Of a stretch of 64,000 nt of DNA, positions 1 through 13,810 are shown one piece after another (position 1 is the first letter of the stretch; every line of letters begins with the position of its first letter). The stretch spans positions 118,360,001 through 118,424,000 of the forward strand of contig NC_045697.1 of the NCBI RefSeq assembly GCF_009834535.1, in the 5' to 3' direction. The position numbers and the translations under genes are program-made. The DNA is from Camelus ferus (lineage: Eukaryota). The notes under the pieces are model-generated. The model saw nothing but the letters and a program-made list of their open reading frames with translations, made no database searches and was not told where the DNA came from.

Positions 1-1155
1 AAGAAGAGCCATAAAATCATTTCCTTTATTCAAAGACATTTAAACTAACATCTTTTAGTAATAATTTTTAAATGACAAAAACAGCTAAAACAATAAATCT
101 TTTGTTTCCTTTGCCAATCTGGTAAAGAAAGAATGCATTAAAACACACACTAAACTGTCAGAAAGTGTAGCGTTTTGCTTTCTAACAGACAAATCTTGAT
201 AATGATGAAGAATAATCAACTTTAAACCTGCTATTCGACAGTTGCAATTATCTTATTTGTATTTTTTTTTTTTTTGGAAGATCCAAGAATCTCTTACAGA
301 CAAGGATAAAAAACAGTTTGCATTTGGCTGTTTTATTATTCTTTGCACTGAAGGAATTTCATGAAACCAATTTTGATGTTCTGTCGAGGATAATGGTTGT
401 CTTATCAGGGGATGAATTCTTAACCCATTTATGAATTCCCTTCCTGTTTAATTGTAAAAACTGGAAGTTGCTTTGATAAGAGGTTCTGCCTTTTAAGAGA
501 TAAATTAGGAGCAGATTAAGATGAGGAACCCAAGAACTAGATTTCCTAAAACTCCTGGCTATCTAGCTTCCTCGGGGCCTTGCTGGCAACCACTGTGTGT
601 CCTGTCTCTTACTGTTCCACCATCACGTTATGAGGCCAGCTGCTCAGATCTTTACTCAGACCTTCAAATCCTCACCTGTATTTCTCCCCCCTCTGGAGTG
701 CTCGGCCTCTCCTGTTAGAATTTCCACTTTGAGCATCCACTCAGTGGAGGGTCCGTGATGCTCTCAGCTTCATCCCACGTGACGTGTGCCTCGTTTCCAT
801 GCCTCAGCCTTTCCTTGGAGCCCCACGACCGTCACCTTTGGGAACCTCCTGACAAAGCCATCATCTTGGGTCTTATCCTGTCTCTCTGACTAATCCTTAT
901 TGAACAAGATATGGAAAACGTGAGTGAATAAAATGAAAATTATTGAAACTCCCACAGTCCCATTAGTCAGAGGCACCTACCAAGGATAGAAGTAGCTAAC
1001 CAGGTCCGAGGTCTCCATCCAAACGCCACACCTGTTCTCAGCTGTGTCCCACCCAGAGAGACCAGAGAGGGCAACACTTCCATTGGGGACAAAGAAAGGG
1101 TGGGGAAAATCTGCTGTCGGCCTCAAAGCTACCCAAACTCCAGGTATAATTTACT

Positions 1156-1343
1156 TTTTTTTAATTTATTTACTTTTTATTGACGTATAGTCGGTTTACA
1201 ATGTTGTGTTAACTTCTGGTGTGCAGCACAGTGACTCAATCACATGCATATTCATGCTCATATTCTTTTTCACTACAGGTTATTACAAGGTATTGAACAG
1301 AGTTCCCTGTGCTCTACAGTAGGACCTGGTTGTCTACCTCCAT
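1156..1343 (-). mobile_element. 5'-truncated L1 3' end
   Basis: Poly-T followed by the same L1 3'UTR seen elsewhere in the window. Diverged TSD tccaggtataattt / tccaagtatagttt. Confidence 0.85.
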
Positions 1344-1567
1344 TCCAAGTATAGTTTGAATAGAGCAAGGCCAGTGATCTGGCGACCTGAGCTGGAGGCG
1401 TCAGTCCTAGACTTACAACATCCTAAAAGGCTGCTTTTGCAATCACGTCGTCAGTCACATACCCTTTCTGCTGTCACTTTAAAACACCAAGTTTTCCTCT
1501 GCTTTCTGGCTATGCTGTCTAGTCAGTAAACCCGATTTTAATTTATCATAAAACTATCCCTGTGCTG

Positions 1568-1616
1568 AACACACACGCACGTGTGCACACACACAGACAG
1601 ACACACACACACACAC
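1568..1616. repeat. Imperfect (CA)n microsatellite
   Basis: Directly visible. Confidence 0.85.
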
Positions 1617-1669
1617 CTGTTAGTCTTAGACTTGGGTATAAATTCCTAGAATTCTCGGGTTGAGGGCAC

Positions 1670-2195
1670 CTAAGCACATCGGTTAAGACCCTTTCTGTTG
1701 TAAGTGAGAAACAAGCTCGTTGGCAAATTCATTGGCTCACACAACCCCAGGGTTTTACAGGTCTGCCTGCTTTTACTTTTAAGTGACTTCAGGTGTGTCT
1801 TCGTTCTGAGCTAAAACCAGGCCACCACAAGCCACCAGTTGGCTTTGCCAGTTCTCAGTTGTTTGCTGCACCCCCGTCTGCCTGTGCTGACCCCTCATCC
1901 ACCCTCCCCCCCACCAACTCCCGGTGACCTCAGAGCCACGCTGTTGCAGCACTGAACACGGCAGAGCGGCCAGTTTCCCTTGAGTTTGTTAACGGAAGTC
2001 CTGGCACTTGGACCTCACCTGGTCTGACGTAGACTCTGCCACTCTCTGAACCAACCCTGTCCTTCTGGGCTGTCAGTTCCCTCCAAATTTACAGGCTGAG
2101 AGGAGGCAGAGGGGGCCTCCCCAAAGGAGCATCAGAGCTCAGTCCTCAGAAGGAGAAGGAAGTGAATCTGTGTGACCCTAACAGCACCCTTCCAT
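1670..2195. mobile_element. Probable old MaLR (MLT1-like) LTR
   Basis: Motifs such as ttctgttgtaagtgagaaac...ttcattggctcac and cactctctgaaccaacc resemble MLT1 LTRs. Heavily diverged. Confidence 0.4.
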
Positions 2196-2384
2196 TGCAT
2201 GATTGTTGTGTGATGTTTTTAAAACACTGGACACTGCCATAGACTTAACAATTGTCAACATGGTAATGAAAATAGTACTTTTTAACTTTGGTCGGCACTG
2301 TGTTTGAAGCCCTGTCTTTATCTGAGAGGTCTGCATTTCTCTCTGTCATACATTTTTCTACAAATTGCCCCTTCCTGCCCTTTA

Positions 2385-2858
2385 TTTTTTTTTTCTTTCA
2401 GTTTATTAAGATGTAATTGACCTACAGCACCAGATAAGCTTAATGCGTAAGGACTTGATTTACATACTTGGCAAATGGGTCATCACAATAAGTTTAGTTA
2501 ACATCCACCTTTTCATACAGCTCCTTGCAAAGAAAGAGGAAAAAAATTCTTTTTTGTGATAAGAATTGTTAGGATTTACTCCCTTAGCAAGTTTTAAATG
2601 TATCCTCCACTAGTCGCAGTCACCTTGCGGTACGTTACAGCCCCAGGACTCGTTTACCTTACAGCTGGGAATTCGTGCCTTTCGGCCACCAGTTCCCACC
2701 TCTGGTGACCACAAATCTAATCCCTTTTTCTATGAATTTGGTGGTTTTTATTTTTTGGTTTTTCCATCCCACAAACCCAGCCATGTGCAAAACATAGATG
2801 CACTTGAGGGCACTATGCTAACTGAAATAAGTCAGACAGAGAAAGACAAATTCTGTCC
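2385..2858 (-). mobile_element. L1 3' end with inverted 5' segment
   Basis: Minus-strand 3'UTR at 2385-2772, then a plus-strand segment gccatgtgcaaaacatagatg...gaaataagtcagacagagaaagacaaa at 2777-2858. Confidence 0.8.
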
Positions 2859-4030
2859 TTCACTCAAGTGCTGTTACTGTGTTTGGATTTTTTATCTTTT
2901 TTTTTTTTTTTTTTTTTGGTCCTGCCATTTCATGCTTTCGCTGTTTCTTCTGAGACTCAGGATCATGTCTGATAATAGTCTGATTTTATTCATTTGTAAC
3001 AATTTTTCTTTTCTCTTTAACTTATCTTTCTACCAAAAATCATATGAGATTTATTGTTCTTCCAGTAAAAGACTTTTATAAAGATAAGTTGAGCTTTTTT
3101 CTTTAACGCACTTTCCTCACCGCCTTGGTACCTTTTGAACTCTTCTTTGTCTGGTACCTTTTGAATTCTTTAGATCTGTAACTAGAGGTCCATATTCAGA
3201 ATTTGCCCTCCTGCTGCTTAGGTCTTTTAATATTTGTCTTGTTCCAAAGTTTGCACTTTTTCTTACGGAAAACCAAGTAATCGTTTGGGTAGGCATGTAG
3301 TTGGCAACAGTGTTGCCTTCCCTCCACCTAAAACACACTCCTGTTTGTTTTCAGTCCTTTGTCTCTTGCTCTGAATTCTGAGAGATTTTGTCATTTTCCT
3401 CTTTTGTATTCCCGATTCTGTTTTCACAGTTTAGTCTGACCTTTTCTCTTATGCCAAATATCAACAGTCTTTTATTTCGCGCATAGAAACCACATTTCTT
3501 TGAAGTTCATCCAAGTGAAAAGGAGATCTGCCCTACAAGGCTCCCTCCTTTCCGCCCCTCTTTCCGCGTCCTCTACGGCGGTGCTTCTGTTTGGTTGGTG
3601 AGTTGATTGATGTAGCCTCAAAATTATCCAAACCAAAATTTCCTCAGAATCAGAACGAGAGCACCTTCTCAGTTACTCTGGTTTCCCTCTTGGATGATTT
3701 TAGAGAGCTTGTTGTTTAAGATTGCAAACTGGAGGGATGATTACTCGCCTGAAAACACTCAGCTAAGAGGCCAGAGGCTGGGGCCGGAGCAGCGGGGAAG
3801 ATGCTCAGTTTTGTCTCCGGTGAGGCTGGATCACTGGTGTGGAGTCTGTGAAGTCGGTGAACCCAAGCGCCCAGGTCACCATGACCGACACCATCCCTGC
3901 GGGACCACCCCCCGATCCAGGGACCCCCACCTCTCTGCCCAGTTTGGGTTCACAATTTCTCATGTCAAGGACAAGTTTATGAGCAAGTAGAAAAAACATT
4001 TCCAGAGATGCCAGCGTGGCTCTTATTGGC

Positions 4031-4486
4031 TGTTGCTTATGACAGACTTGGGTCCAAAGGAGTAGAAAACAAACTAACAGACTGACTCCCTGCCGTCACA
4101 CTCTGCCCTCCGCATCCCTTCTTCTCTGAGCATAGCTTCAATCCAGAGGCTGTGCTCCAGGAAGGAGGCGATGGACCGATAATCTCAGAAAAGTGCACAG
4201 ACCCTCCGGAGTTCCTCCTGATGCCAGAAAGATTCATCCAGGTTAAGGGGAATGTAGCAGCACCCTGGAAAGTGCCCTGGTTGTTGTCACCTTTTCTGTT
4301 CCATCCAGTTTTCTATAAAACCTCAGGACCTCAACCCCAGGATGGATTCACAGTCCCTAAGGCGTGCGCCTGCTGTGACCCACCTCTGCCTGACAAAACA
4401 GGAAAGCTGTTCTTTTCTGATTTTCCCCAAACTCTGCCTCTGAGTCTCAACTCGGTTTTCAGGGTACAGAGGCTGGTTTTGCAGCA
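4031..4486 (+). mobile_element. Probable ERV1-type solo LTR
   Basis: TG...CA ends, TATA-like ctataaaa (~4313), and a U5-like end ggtacagaggctggttttgcagca. No clear TSD. Confidence 0.55.
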
Positions 4487-5117
4487 ATAGAATCAATGAA
4501 AAGAGATTGAAGAGATTTTCTCAGCAGTCTCCCAGCTTCTTATCCAGCTGACATCCTGACTGTACTTGGTCTCGTCTGAGTCTCTAGCCGCCTTCTTCTC
4601 CAACCCCATTGATGGGGTGACACTTTGGAATAATACGGGGGGTGACCAGCAGTATCTGTTATGTTTGTAAATGGACTTTGCCTTGATTTATCAATTCCAC
4701 ATCTAAGAGTATACAGACATGGTTTGATTGTGTGTAAACACACAGTGCATTTATTTCACTCCTCCTAAAGTTGTTTGTACTGGAAAAATCTCAGATACAA
4801 GCTGAGTGTTTATCAATGGGATACAGGTTGCCTGATTATGATGTATTGATAGGAAAGACTATCAGGCAGCTGTTAAAAGGTACAAGGTAAACGATGGGAA
4901 AATATAACTATTCCACGTTGTTAACTATTTTTTTTAAAGTTAAAAAACAGAAAATAATACAATGATATGTGTATAAACATATAAGACAGAGAGAATACTC
5001 ATAAAGGCATTGAAAGCATCTCACAAGCAAACTCAAAACAGGCCACAAGTTGGGAACAAGTCGTGGACGGGACAGTTTGAGAGTATTTCCTCTTCAGAGC
5101 GCACTATTCTATTTTCT

Positions 5118-5148
<31 letters not shown>

Positions 5149-8094
5149 GCATTTATAAACTTACCAAACAAAGAAAGGCTGTCTAGAGGAGAGCATCACC
5201 TACTCGAATTGGGCCACTTTCCTTCCGGTCTCCTAGGGTCAGTGTTATCACGCCAGCTTCACGGACTCACTTCACAGTTTCTTCTCCTTCAGATGCCTTT
5301 CCTCCTCCGCCTGAATTCAGTCCAAACCTTTTTTGCTGTTGTTGTTCATAACTTGGCTCAAATTCCACTTCCCCCATGCAGTTTTCTCTAAGGAATGACT
5401 CCTCTCCGTGGAATATTTAATCAAACACTCTCCCTACTCAGGACAAGGACGTGGACCTCACCCGAGTAACGTGATCTCACGTTGCTCCATCCTGCTCCTC
5501 AGTCTGTCCCTGGACACTAACCTTCCCTAGAAGCATCCGGGATCAACAGCTTCTCAGTTTGTAGGCTGGGTGCTCAGTAAACGTGCATTAATTCATAGTT
5601 TAGTCAGTAAACGTGCTGTGAGCTGAGCTCCCGAGGATGTGCATGTTGTCCGGGTTTCTTTGTTCACCAACATTTTTTCTCAGACAAAAGGATGATCATC
5701 CCCCCCCCCCTTTTTTAACCTCTTTTCTCTGTTCAGAATGGATGCTGGACTAGAAATTAGCATCAAGAACTGGAGTAGACTTAATGATAATGTTCATAAT
5801 ATACCAATTCTCCTTCCTCCAGGGCATTTTTCCCCACATTTCTACGGCAAATTTACTATTAACAGAACTCATACTATGTCTTTCATGCCTTCCATGGCTT
5901 TGATGCCAGGCTGAGTATTGAAGTTGCTTCCTCTGGTTCTATAAAAGCTTTTCTCCTTTTTTTTTCCCAGCCCTCTTATCTTTCTCTTTAAAGCCGGTGA
6001 GATGGTCTCCTGTGGGGCTACCCTGTTTATTCCAACAGTCCTACAAGAACAATCATAGGATGAAAGGAAGCAAATCATAGGAAATTTTGTTCTGAGTTCA
6101 AAGAGCACACCTGGGCACTCACCAAAAGAAACGCCTTTCCCCGTGGAAAACACATTTATTACCTCCTTTCCAAGGCTCTGCCTCTAACTCTAGTACAAGG
6201 CAGCGTTGGAGCAGTAGTCGTTCTGAGTTATTGAATTTCCACACATCCTAATGCATAATCAGGTCTTATATTCACTGGGGTTTGATATTCTCATGTGCCA
6301 TCAATTTCCATGGAACATAATTAGAACCAATGGGAATACGTTCATTCAAAGCATAAAGATGGGGTGACTGATCTCTGTCCATCCTAATGGCACTAGTGAC
6401 AACCACTGATGCACAAGGTTTACCGAGCCCTCGTATCTGTTTTGCGTAACTCTTCCTTTGAGTTAGCACATGCCATTTAGCTACATTTGATACAATGTAT
6501 CGGTTAACAGGATCTAAGAAATGTACCAATTTCCTAACACTAGTGCCACATCAAAATCTATTGAGCTTGTCTTATCTCAGAGTAAAACATGAATGCCTGC
6601 ATTGAATAAATTCAACTCCAGAAAGAAGGATTTTACTCTCTTGCATGATGCCACAGACTGGCGAGCACCTCGTGCTGGTCAGCAGTGGTCAGCACACCCA
6701 CCTTTGAAGACCCTCGATCTGGATCAACTCTTCAGAAAATAAGGAAATGAACCCAGCACTTCTGAAGAACTTGCTCCTCTAAGGTCCTTTGTTAGCGGAC
6801 TGCAATGGATCTAAACTCAAGTTCCTTTGTCAGAAGCAAAGGCTATAGTGTGTGTGTTCACACCCTTTCAGAGTAAGACTCAACAGATCTTCATTATCAA
6901 AAGTGCCCTTTTAATGGTTAAGTGATTTTGAGGGTGACATGAATTTCCAGAGGAAACCTGTGATTAAGAATAAAAACTTGGCCTTGTTAATAATTATAAT
7001 CCTGTTGGTTTCTGGAACGACCAAGGTCAATTGCCCTCCCTGTGTCTTGTGCAGCTGTGAACAACTAATATTTATAAATGTCTGGGAAAGAAATTCTTTT
7101 GCCGTCTATCCAGATGTCACTTTGGAAAATTTTTATCTTTTAAAATCAGAAGAATGGGTCATGACTAAGGTGACAATATAAGTTATTACCACAAACCAGG
7201 ACACTCACTCTAAGAGTGAAAGGAGGCACCATTAATAATTACACCAGGACGACAGGGGCAAACCAGCATGGTCCAAGATGACAGGGGCCGACTGTCCCCT
7301 TGGTAGCATTCTTCATGCAGTTCCCAAACTAAAAAGCAACATTTCAGATAATAATTGATGCTCAATTTTTCCCTGTCATTAGGTTTGGCAAAGAGATGAG
7401 TTTACTAATAAATCATTTAACAGTATATACAGCAAAGGTTATTGTGGCTCTTACAGTGTTAGAAAATAAAACACAACAAATACTCTTTTCAAAATTACTT
7501 TACCTACTTATTTAGGGTGGCTTGCTCATGTACTTGTTTCATGAATTCTGAAAAAAAAAGCTTTATTTAATTTTCAAAAATGGATGACCTCATTCAAAAT
7601 GTGTACATTAGCATATCTGACATGTTTATATGTTTATTAAAAAAAAGTGGGCAATGTGTTATTTTCTACAATGATACATAAAATGCTATAATAATTAAGA
7701 CTTCGCTGGACTCAGCATCTCGTTCAGGACACACAGAAAGGTAGGTGAGAAGAAAAGGAGATGAAAGATGGTGCTGACACAAAAACTTATGTTTTTATGT
7801 TATTTCATCTCTGAAAACATTTTTTAAAGAACATAATGCCAAGGATGAAAATATTCATAGATTTAGAATTCAGTGAATCTAGTAAAATACTGATTTTTGT
7901 CAATATACTGTGATGTCTCTGTTCTCTGGAGTTGAAAACCATTCATCAGAAGGCATTTCTTGATAGTAACATAATTTGCCAAAAGAGCGACTAAACAACT
8001 GTTAACACTGAGCCATGTGGTCCCAGAGTCTACTGTTCTTGGGCCTCCATGTGGTAACCACAGAGACAATCAGGTGGATTCTATTCATCTTTCT

Positions 8095-8200
8095 TTTCCC
8101 TTCCTTCCTTCACTCCTTCCTTCCTTCACTCCTTCCTTCCTTCCTTCACTCCTTCCTTCCTTCCTTCCTCCCTCCCTCCCTCCCTTCCTTTCTTCCTTAT
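8095..8200. repeat. (TTCC)n/(CTCC)n polypyrimidine microsatellite
   Basis: Directly visible, with periodic ttcactcc interruptions. Confidence 0.92.
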
Positions 8201-8747
8201 TTTTCTTTTTTAACCAAAATAATTCCCTTGGAAACTCAGTAATAAACATAGCATTCTGTAAAATTGTCATATTTTCAGTGTAAGAGATAATTGCTTGAGA
8301 TGTTAGTCACGTATGGTGGGGCCCCAATATGTGATGAAATTTTCTACTGTCAAATTACAACTCAGGTTTACGATATGACTCAGAGACTCTGTATAATGAA
8401 TTGGGAATGTCAGTTTTATGAGTCTTTCTGCAGTACACCACATGAATTTTTAAATTGTCTTTTAGATCTATCAATAAAAAAAATCCAGCACCTTTCAATC
8501 CAAGTACTAAATATCGGAGACTGACACAGGCAGGATTCATTTTATTCAGTAAATGCATTATGGTTTCATTAAGCATACAGTCGTCCTAAAGATCTAATTG
8601 CCTAATAAAATCCAAACTTGACTACACCAAACCAGCATCTCACAGAATCAGATAAGAGACCACTATTTAAAAATATCATTGAATTGTTTAACACTTAATG
8701 AAAGCAGCATTTACTGTTCATGAGAAAATATAGATTACTTGCAGAAT

Positions 8748-9252
8748 TGTTCCTGAGTCCAAACTCATTCTGCTCACCACACAACAGGTCAATCAATCGG
8801 GAGATGAGGTGTTGAGACAAGGAATAATGACTTTATTTGGAAAGCTGACAGACCAAGAAGATGGGGGACTAATGTCCTAGAGAACCATCTTCCCCAAGTC
8901 AGAATACTAAAAAGGGCAGGGGGTGTGGTTGGTTGTTGCAAGTTTCTTGAGGTCAGAATCCTTTGTTCTTGCAGCTGTCCACGTGGGTCAGAACATGGTG
9001 TCCCTGTAAACCTCCAACAAGACAAATGTTATTCTCTATTCTGCAACTTTTTATCTCTATATGAATGGAAAAGTGTTATACCCTTAAAGGTCAGAGCCTT
9101 GAGGATTGGTTTTCCTGTGTGTTTCAGGCTCTAGGTAACATTCTTTAACAAAAGGTGCAGAAGCAGCATGACTGAGCCCAGGAAACAGAGCCCAGGGTTA
9201 GAGCTAGAGGAACAGATCTAATACAGAGTCAGATTTGTTCCTCCCTGTTCCA
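8748..9252 (-). mobile_element. Probable ERV1-type solo LTR (MER41-like, cetartiodactyl type)
   Basis: TG...CA-bounded element of ~500 bp with a minus-strand AATAAA (tttatt near 8832) and gagatgaggtgttgagacaaggaataatgactttatt motif. Confidence 0.6.
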
Positions 9253-10854
9253 GGTGTCCTCTCCTGAAGGTGGCTCCTGTGATGGTCTGGGGAAAGGGAG
9301 TGAGGAGGTTCTGGTCAGCTTTGCACTGGGTCTTAAGCTAAAGTATTCCTGATAATCACGCATGGCTCAACTCACCTGCTAGGATTTGGGGGAAATGCCC
9401 TTAACTGGTGGTCCAAAGCATCTTTTCCTCGAGTCTCTCCACACACAGACCCGTAGAAACCTATTCAGTAGGGAAACCTAATAGTATTTGATTGATCAGA
9501 GTACAATTATCATTTCTTACTTTTCGAAAGATTAACAGTTACTAAGTTCAAAACTCATTCTCAGCAAAACAACGCAAGTGTTCTCTTTAGATTGCCTGGC
9601 AAATAATGATTTTCGTTTCTACTGTCGGTTAATGTAATTCCCATTGGATCAAACACCTTGACACAGGAGAGAGCTATTATATTAGAATGATATGATCATA
9701 GATCAGAAATGTTTTGCTCCAGCCTTGCACACAGACATTCACACCCGCGAGTCAGGCGGAAACTTCACGGGTGACGTGCTGTGAGCGTTTTGTATATAAT
9801 GGAAATCTCACTCAGGCACTAATTCCGTGTACTTTTCTTTAGAGATTTTTATACCTAATTACAGTGATTTCATAGGTTATAATAAAACTTTCAACAGATG
9901 AATGAATTTGTCCTTTTCAAAAAGTGCAAGGTAAGCAGTTAATAAATCAAATTTATCTGAAGGCATTAACATGTATCACATTTTTAAATAGTGTTTGAGT
10001 CAGACTTCCTAATTAGAATAAATTTGTGCAACTCTGTGAAATATATTTCTGCATATTAAAGAAAAAAACTGAGCGGCACACACTGAAAAGTCTACTTCAA
10101 TCTAGAGAGTTAAAAAAACACATAAACCCTTTAGTCAAAGGAATCAGAAAAATACTTTCCTTAAACCTATATCTATTAGATAACTTAGGGGGGAAAAAGT
10201 TTGTTTAAGTCAAGTGTTTGATTTGTATAAAGAATTACGTTAGGTCTGTGACCTTGCAGTTGCGTCAAGGAGTCGTAATATGCAAACAGTGTGACCACCC
10301 GAGAACCGTGAGTATTTCATTGGTCTTCCTCGTCTTCCCAAATGTCTTAGTGTTGAAATAGCTTCTTGCTCTTTGATGATAAGCAATGCAGAGAAAAAGA
10401 AAGAGAAGTTTTGCTGGAATCCAAATAGAGCAAAACTTAAATATCTAAGCCTATTGTCAGTACTGGATTATGAAAACATTATACCTGGGGACAGGATAAT
10501 AACCAATTGTCAGAAAGGTCAAGGAGTGACAGAGGGGCACATTGTTAACTCTGTCTCTTGTGAAAGGGACACTTGCTGTAGAAACGCATTTGAGGCTGTC
10601 CATTAAAAATCCAATATACATACCAAAGCTAGCAATTAGGGAACTGTGGAATAAAGCTAATAACTGCAGAATAATTTTTACTAATGTAGACATTTTTCTT
10701 CATTCTTCATTTTCCAAAATACACAGCCATGCTATTATATTGAAAATGTGATTTAATTTATGAACAGTAATTCAACTTACAAAAGGCTTCCCTGCGTGAT
10801 CTCCAGCATTGAGGTGTTACTTTATGGATTGTGTCTGTAAAAATGGAAATAACT

Positions 10855-11240
10855 GTTATATGCAACCACCATGCAACCCAGCAATCCCACCCTTGGTCAT
10901 TTATCAAGAGAAATGAAGACTTACATTTTGTGCACAAAACCTTGACACAGATATTCACAGCAGCTTGATTCATAAGAACCCAAAACTGGGAACAACCATC
11001 TTCAGTGGGAGAACAGTTAATAAAACACTATGGTATGTCAATACCATGGAATACTACTTAGCAATCAAAAAGGAAAAATCTGCTGACATACACATCAATC
11101 TCAATAAATCTTCAGAGAAATATGCTGAATGAATACAGCCAGTACCAAAAGGTTACATGTTGTATGATTACATTAATATAATATTCTGGAAATGACAAAA
11201 TTATAGAAATGGAGAGCAAATTGGTGGTTGAAAGAAGGAA
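10855..11240 (+). mobile_element. Old L1 (L1MC-like) ORF2 end / 3'UTR fragment
   Basis: cccagcaatcccacccttgg...cccaaaactgggaacaacc...ccatggaatactacttagcaatcaaaaaggaa are typical L1 3' motifs. Confidence 0.8.
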
Positions 11241-11242
11241 AT

Positions 11243-11345
11243 GGGGGAAGACATAGCTCAGTGATAAAGCCCATGCCTAGCATGCAGGAAGTCCTGGGTT
11301 CAGTCCCAAGTACTTCTATTAAAAAAAAAATTTTTTTAAATAAAT
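11243..11345 (+). mobile_element. tRNA-Ala-derived SINE (camelid Vic-1-like)
   Basis: gggggaagacatagctcagtgataaagcccatgcctagcatgcaggaagtcctgggttcagtcccaagtac with an A-rich tail and A/B boxes. Homologous to the copy at 49155. Confidence 0.8.
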
Positions 11346-12796
11346 ACAATGTGTGTCTGGTAACTCTCACTTCAAGGCACTGTATATGCATCTCTATAAC
11401 TTGCAGGAATATAAGACCCACTGGGATAAGGACCCTGCTTTTCTCAGTCCTCACTTCCACGCCTGGGAAACAACAGTTGCTGATGGGTACGGTAGAAACA
11501 GTGATGGCGTTTCACCGAACATCACACGCACCTTTGAAGTAGGCACTACTGTCCCTATTTCACAGTGGTGACAATTAGATGACCAGGATTTAATAACGCC
11601 CAAGTTGCCCAAGTTGCCCAACCAGGACCAGCTCGAGTCCAAAACTCATACTCGTTACACTACATTTGGCTTTCTCAGGAAGGAAAAAAGCACAGGAAGA
11701 CCACCAGGTAAATGACTGCGGTGCATTGTGGTGTAGGATGCCCCGCTTCACTGCCCGTGGCGCTGGTTGCTGTGGTTTCTTTTATCAGCACCACCAATGG
11801 CAGGCAAGCTATCAACCTCCTAAACTTAAAATAGGAAACGTTTTCAAATAAGTTAGAGCAAGGTGGGTGGTCTACTGATACCTTCAGTTACATTTCTCTA
11901 CTGCTCTGTTTTGACAGGCAAAAAAGAGAGTAAGAACAAGATTCTCCCTGGAAGTACATAAACCACGCTAGCAAATGCCAAGTTTTATCAACCCCAGCAC
12001 GTGACACCACACGGAGGGAACAGTAATGACTTTGTCTTCAGGTTTAGCTTATGCAAGACATTCAACACAGCACAATTGCATTCTACCTTTTGGAAAAAAA
12101 TAAAAATAGGCAATACCAAGGCATTTATCATTTTTTATTATTTTCTTCATTCAAGATAAGACCTTTACCCAGTGGTTCAGAACCTTCTAATCAAACAACA
12201 GAATATAAAAGATTGTAAAATGGCAAGGTAGGTGAGGGAAGAAAATACATTCTGTATTCTTAGAAACTTGGTTTCTTCATCTAAACACAAAACGATAGTT
12301 TGACATCATGGTACACAAGATGTAGAAGAAAATAAAAAATTGCGAGCTTTAACTTTGTCATTTTGCAACTATGGAAAGTTCAAGCCCCAAGAGTTTCTGG
12401 GATCTGCATTATAGAGCAAGTTAGTGGCAGATTGGAAAGAAAACAGAAGACTCTTTGCTTCCCGACCTATTGCTTTTCCACCAAAACATCCTGCTTTTTA
12501 TCTTTCAGTAATGCTCCAAATATTTACTTTTAGTAAATCCTTTTTAAGGAGCTAGAACATATTCGTTCCTTCGAAGGAAAGTATAGACATTAACTCTTTT
12601 CATTGAAAGCCGCGAGAAAGACGCCAACAGAGATAAGAACGAATTCACAGCAACTGCAAGGTAAATACTTACATTTGATACATTTTATAAATGTAGGCAG
12701 CTGCCTTCCAGGGTTGATACATTGTGAATGGTGATTTCTTTGCTGGTGGAAAATCTCTCACCCCTGTGCCTGAGCGGCTTCTTTCTTGCTCGCAGG

Positions 12797-12872
12797 CAGA
12801 CACAGACACACACACAGACACACAGACACACAGACACAGACACACACACACACACACACACACACTGACACA
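12797..12872. repeat. Compound (GACACA)n/(CA)n microsatellite
   Basis: Directly visible. Confidence 0.9.
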
Positions 12873-13639
12873 CCAGGCGCATGTGACAAGAGAAATGCAA
12901 CACAGGGTTAGTATTAATCTTTAACGACAGACGGGACACAGAGGTCTTCGGTCATTACCTGCCTACACATGACAGACTGGTGCTTAGTGTAGTTCAGGAA
13001 AATAAAGCAAGTCAAAGTAAAACATTTTTAATTAGTGGTTTAACTATGTGATTAATGATGCCTTTATAAAGAAAATGCCTCTACCAGCAAATGAAAAACT
13101 CCTTATTTCCCAAAGCGGGTTTCTTCCACTTAATGACTCCTTCTAAGAGGCAGATAAATTGAGCAACAAAGTCTGAAACCATTAGCCCGAACGTTTTCAC
13201 AGGGGATGAAATTGAGTTTTGTGCTGCAGGCTGTTGATCAAGTAATCTGAAAGCGACGAAACAAACCCCACCACGCGCAGGCTCCTGGGAAAAAGGCACG
13301 CGGCTAGCTTTTAAACAAGGACACAGCAGAGCTGAACTTTATTTGCATCACAGAATGATCTGTCCTAAAAATCAAACGCACTTACAAAAAGCTTAAATTA
13401 GCCCTTGAAAACACAGTTCTGGTGGTGTTTATGCTATATTTATTTATTTGGGAGCAACGTCCGCCGTGTTTCAAAGAGCCAGAAAATGAAATTTGTCCTA
13501 AGAAAAAAGGTCAAATAGGTCTTTAAATATCTGGTTAAAAATGCTGACAGCACACAGCTTCCAAGGCAGGGTGCTCTGAAATGTCAGTGAAACAGAGACT
13601 TCATCTCTGTGGGGTACAGGAACCAGCGCCTTGGCTTCG

Positions 13640-13810
13640 AGGGTCAGCTGGAATTTCACAGAGGGACGTTGCTGAATGTAGCCTGAACCTCACTGAGCTT
13701 CAGTGGACACATCTGTAAAGTGGACATAAGAATATGACCTGTTTCCAAGGGTCGCCGTGATGTGTGAGGCGATGTATGTAAAGCACTGTGCACACGTATT
13801 AGTTGAAGAT
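13640..13810 (+). mobile_element. MIR fragment
   Basis: Core-like aacctcactgagcttcagtggacacatctgtaaagtgg...atgtatgtaaagcact. Confidence 0.65.
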
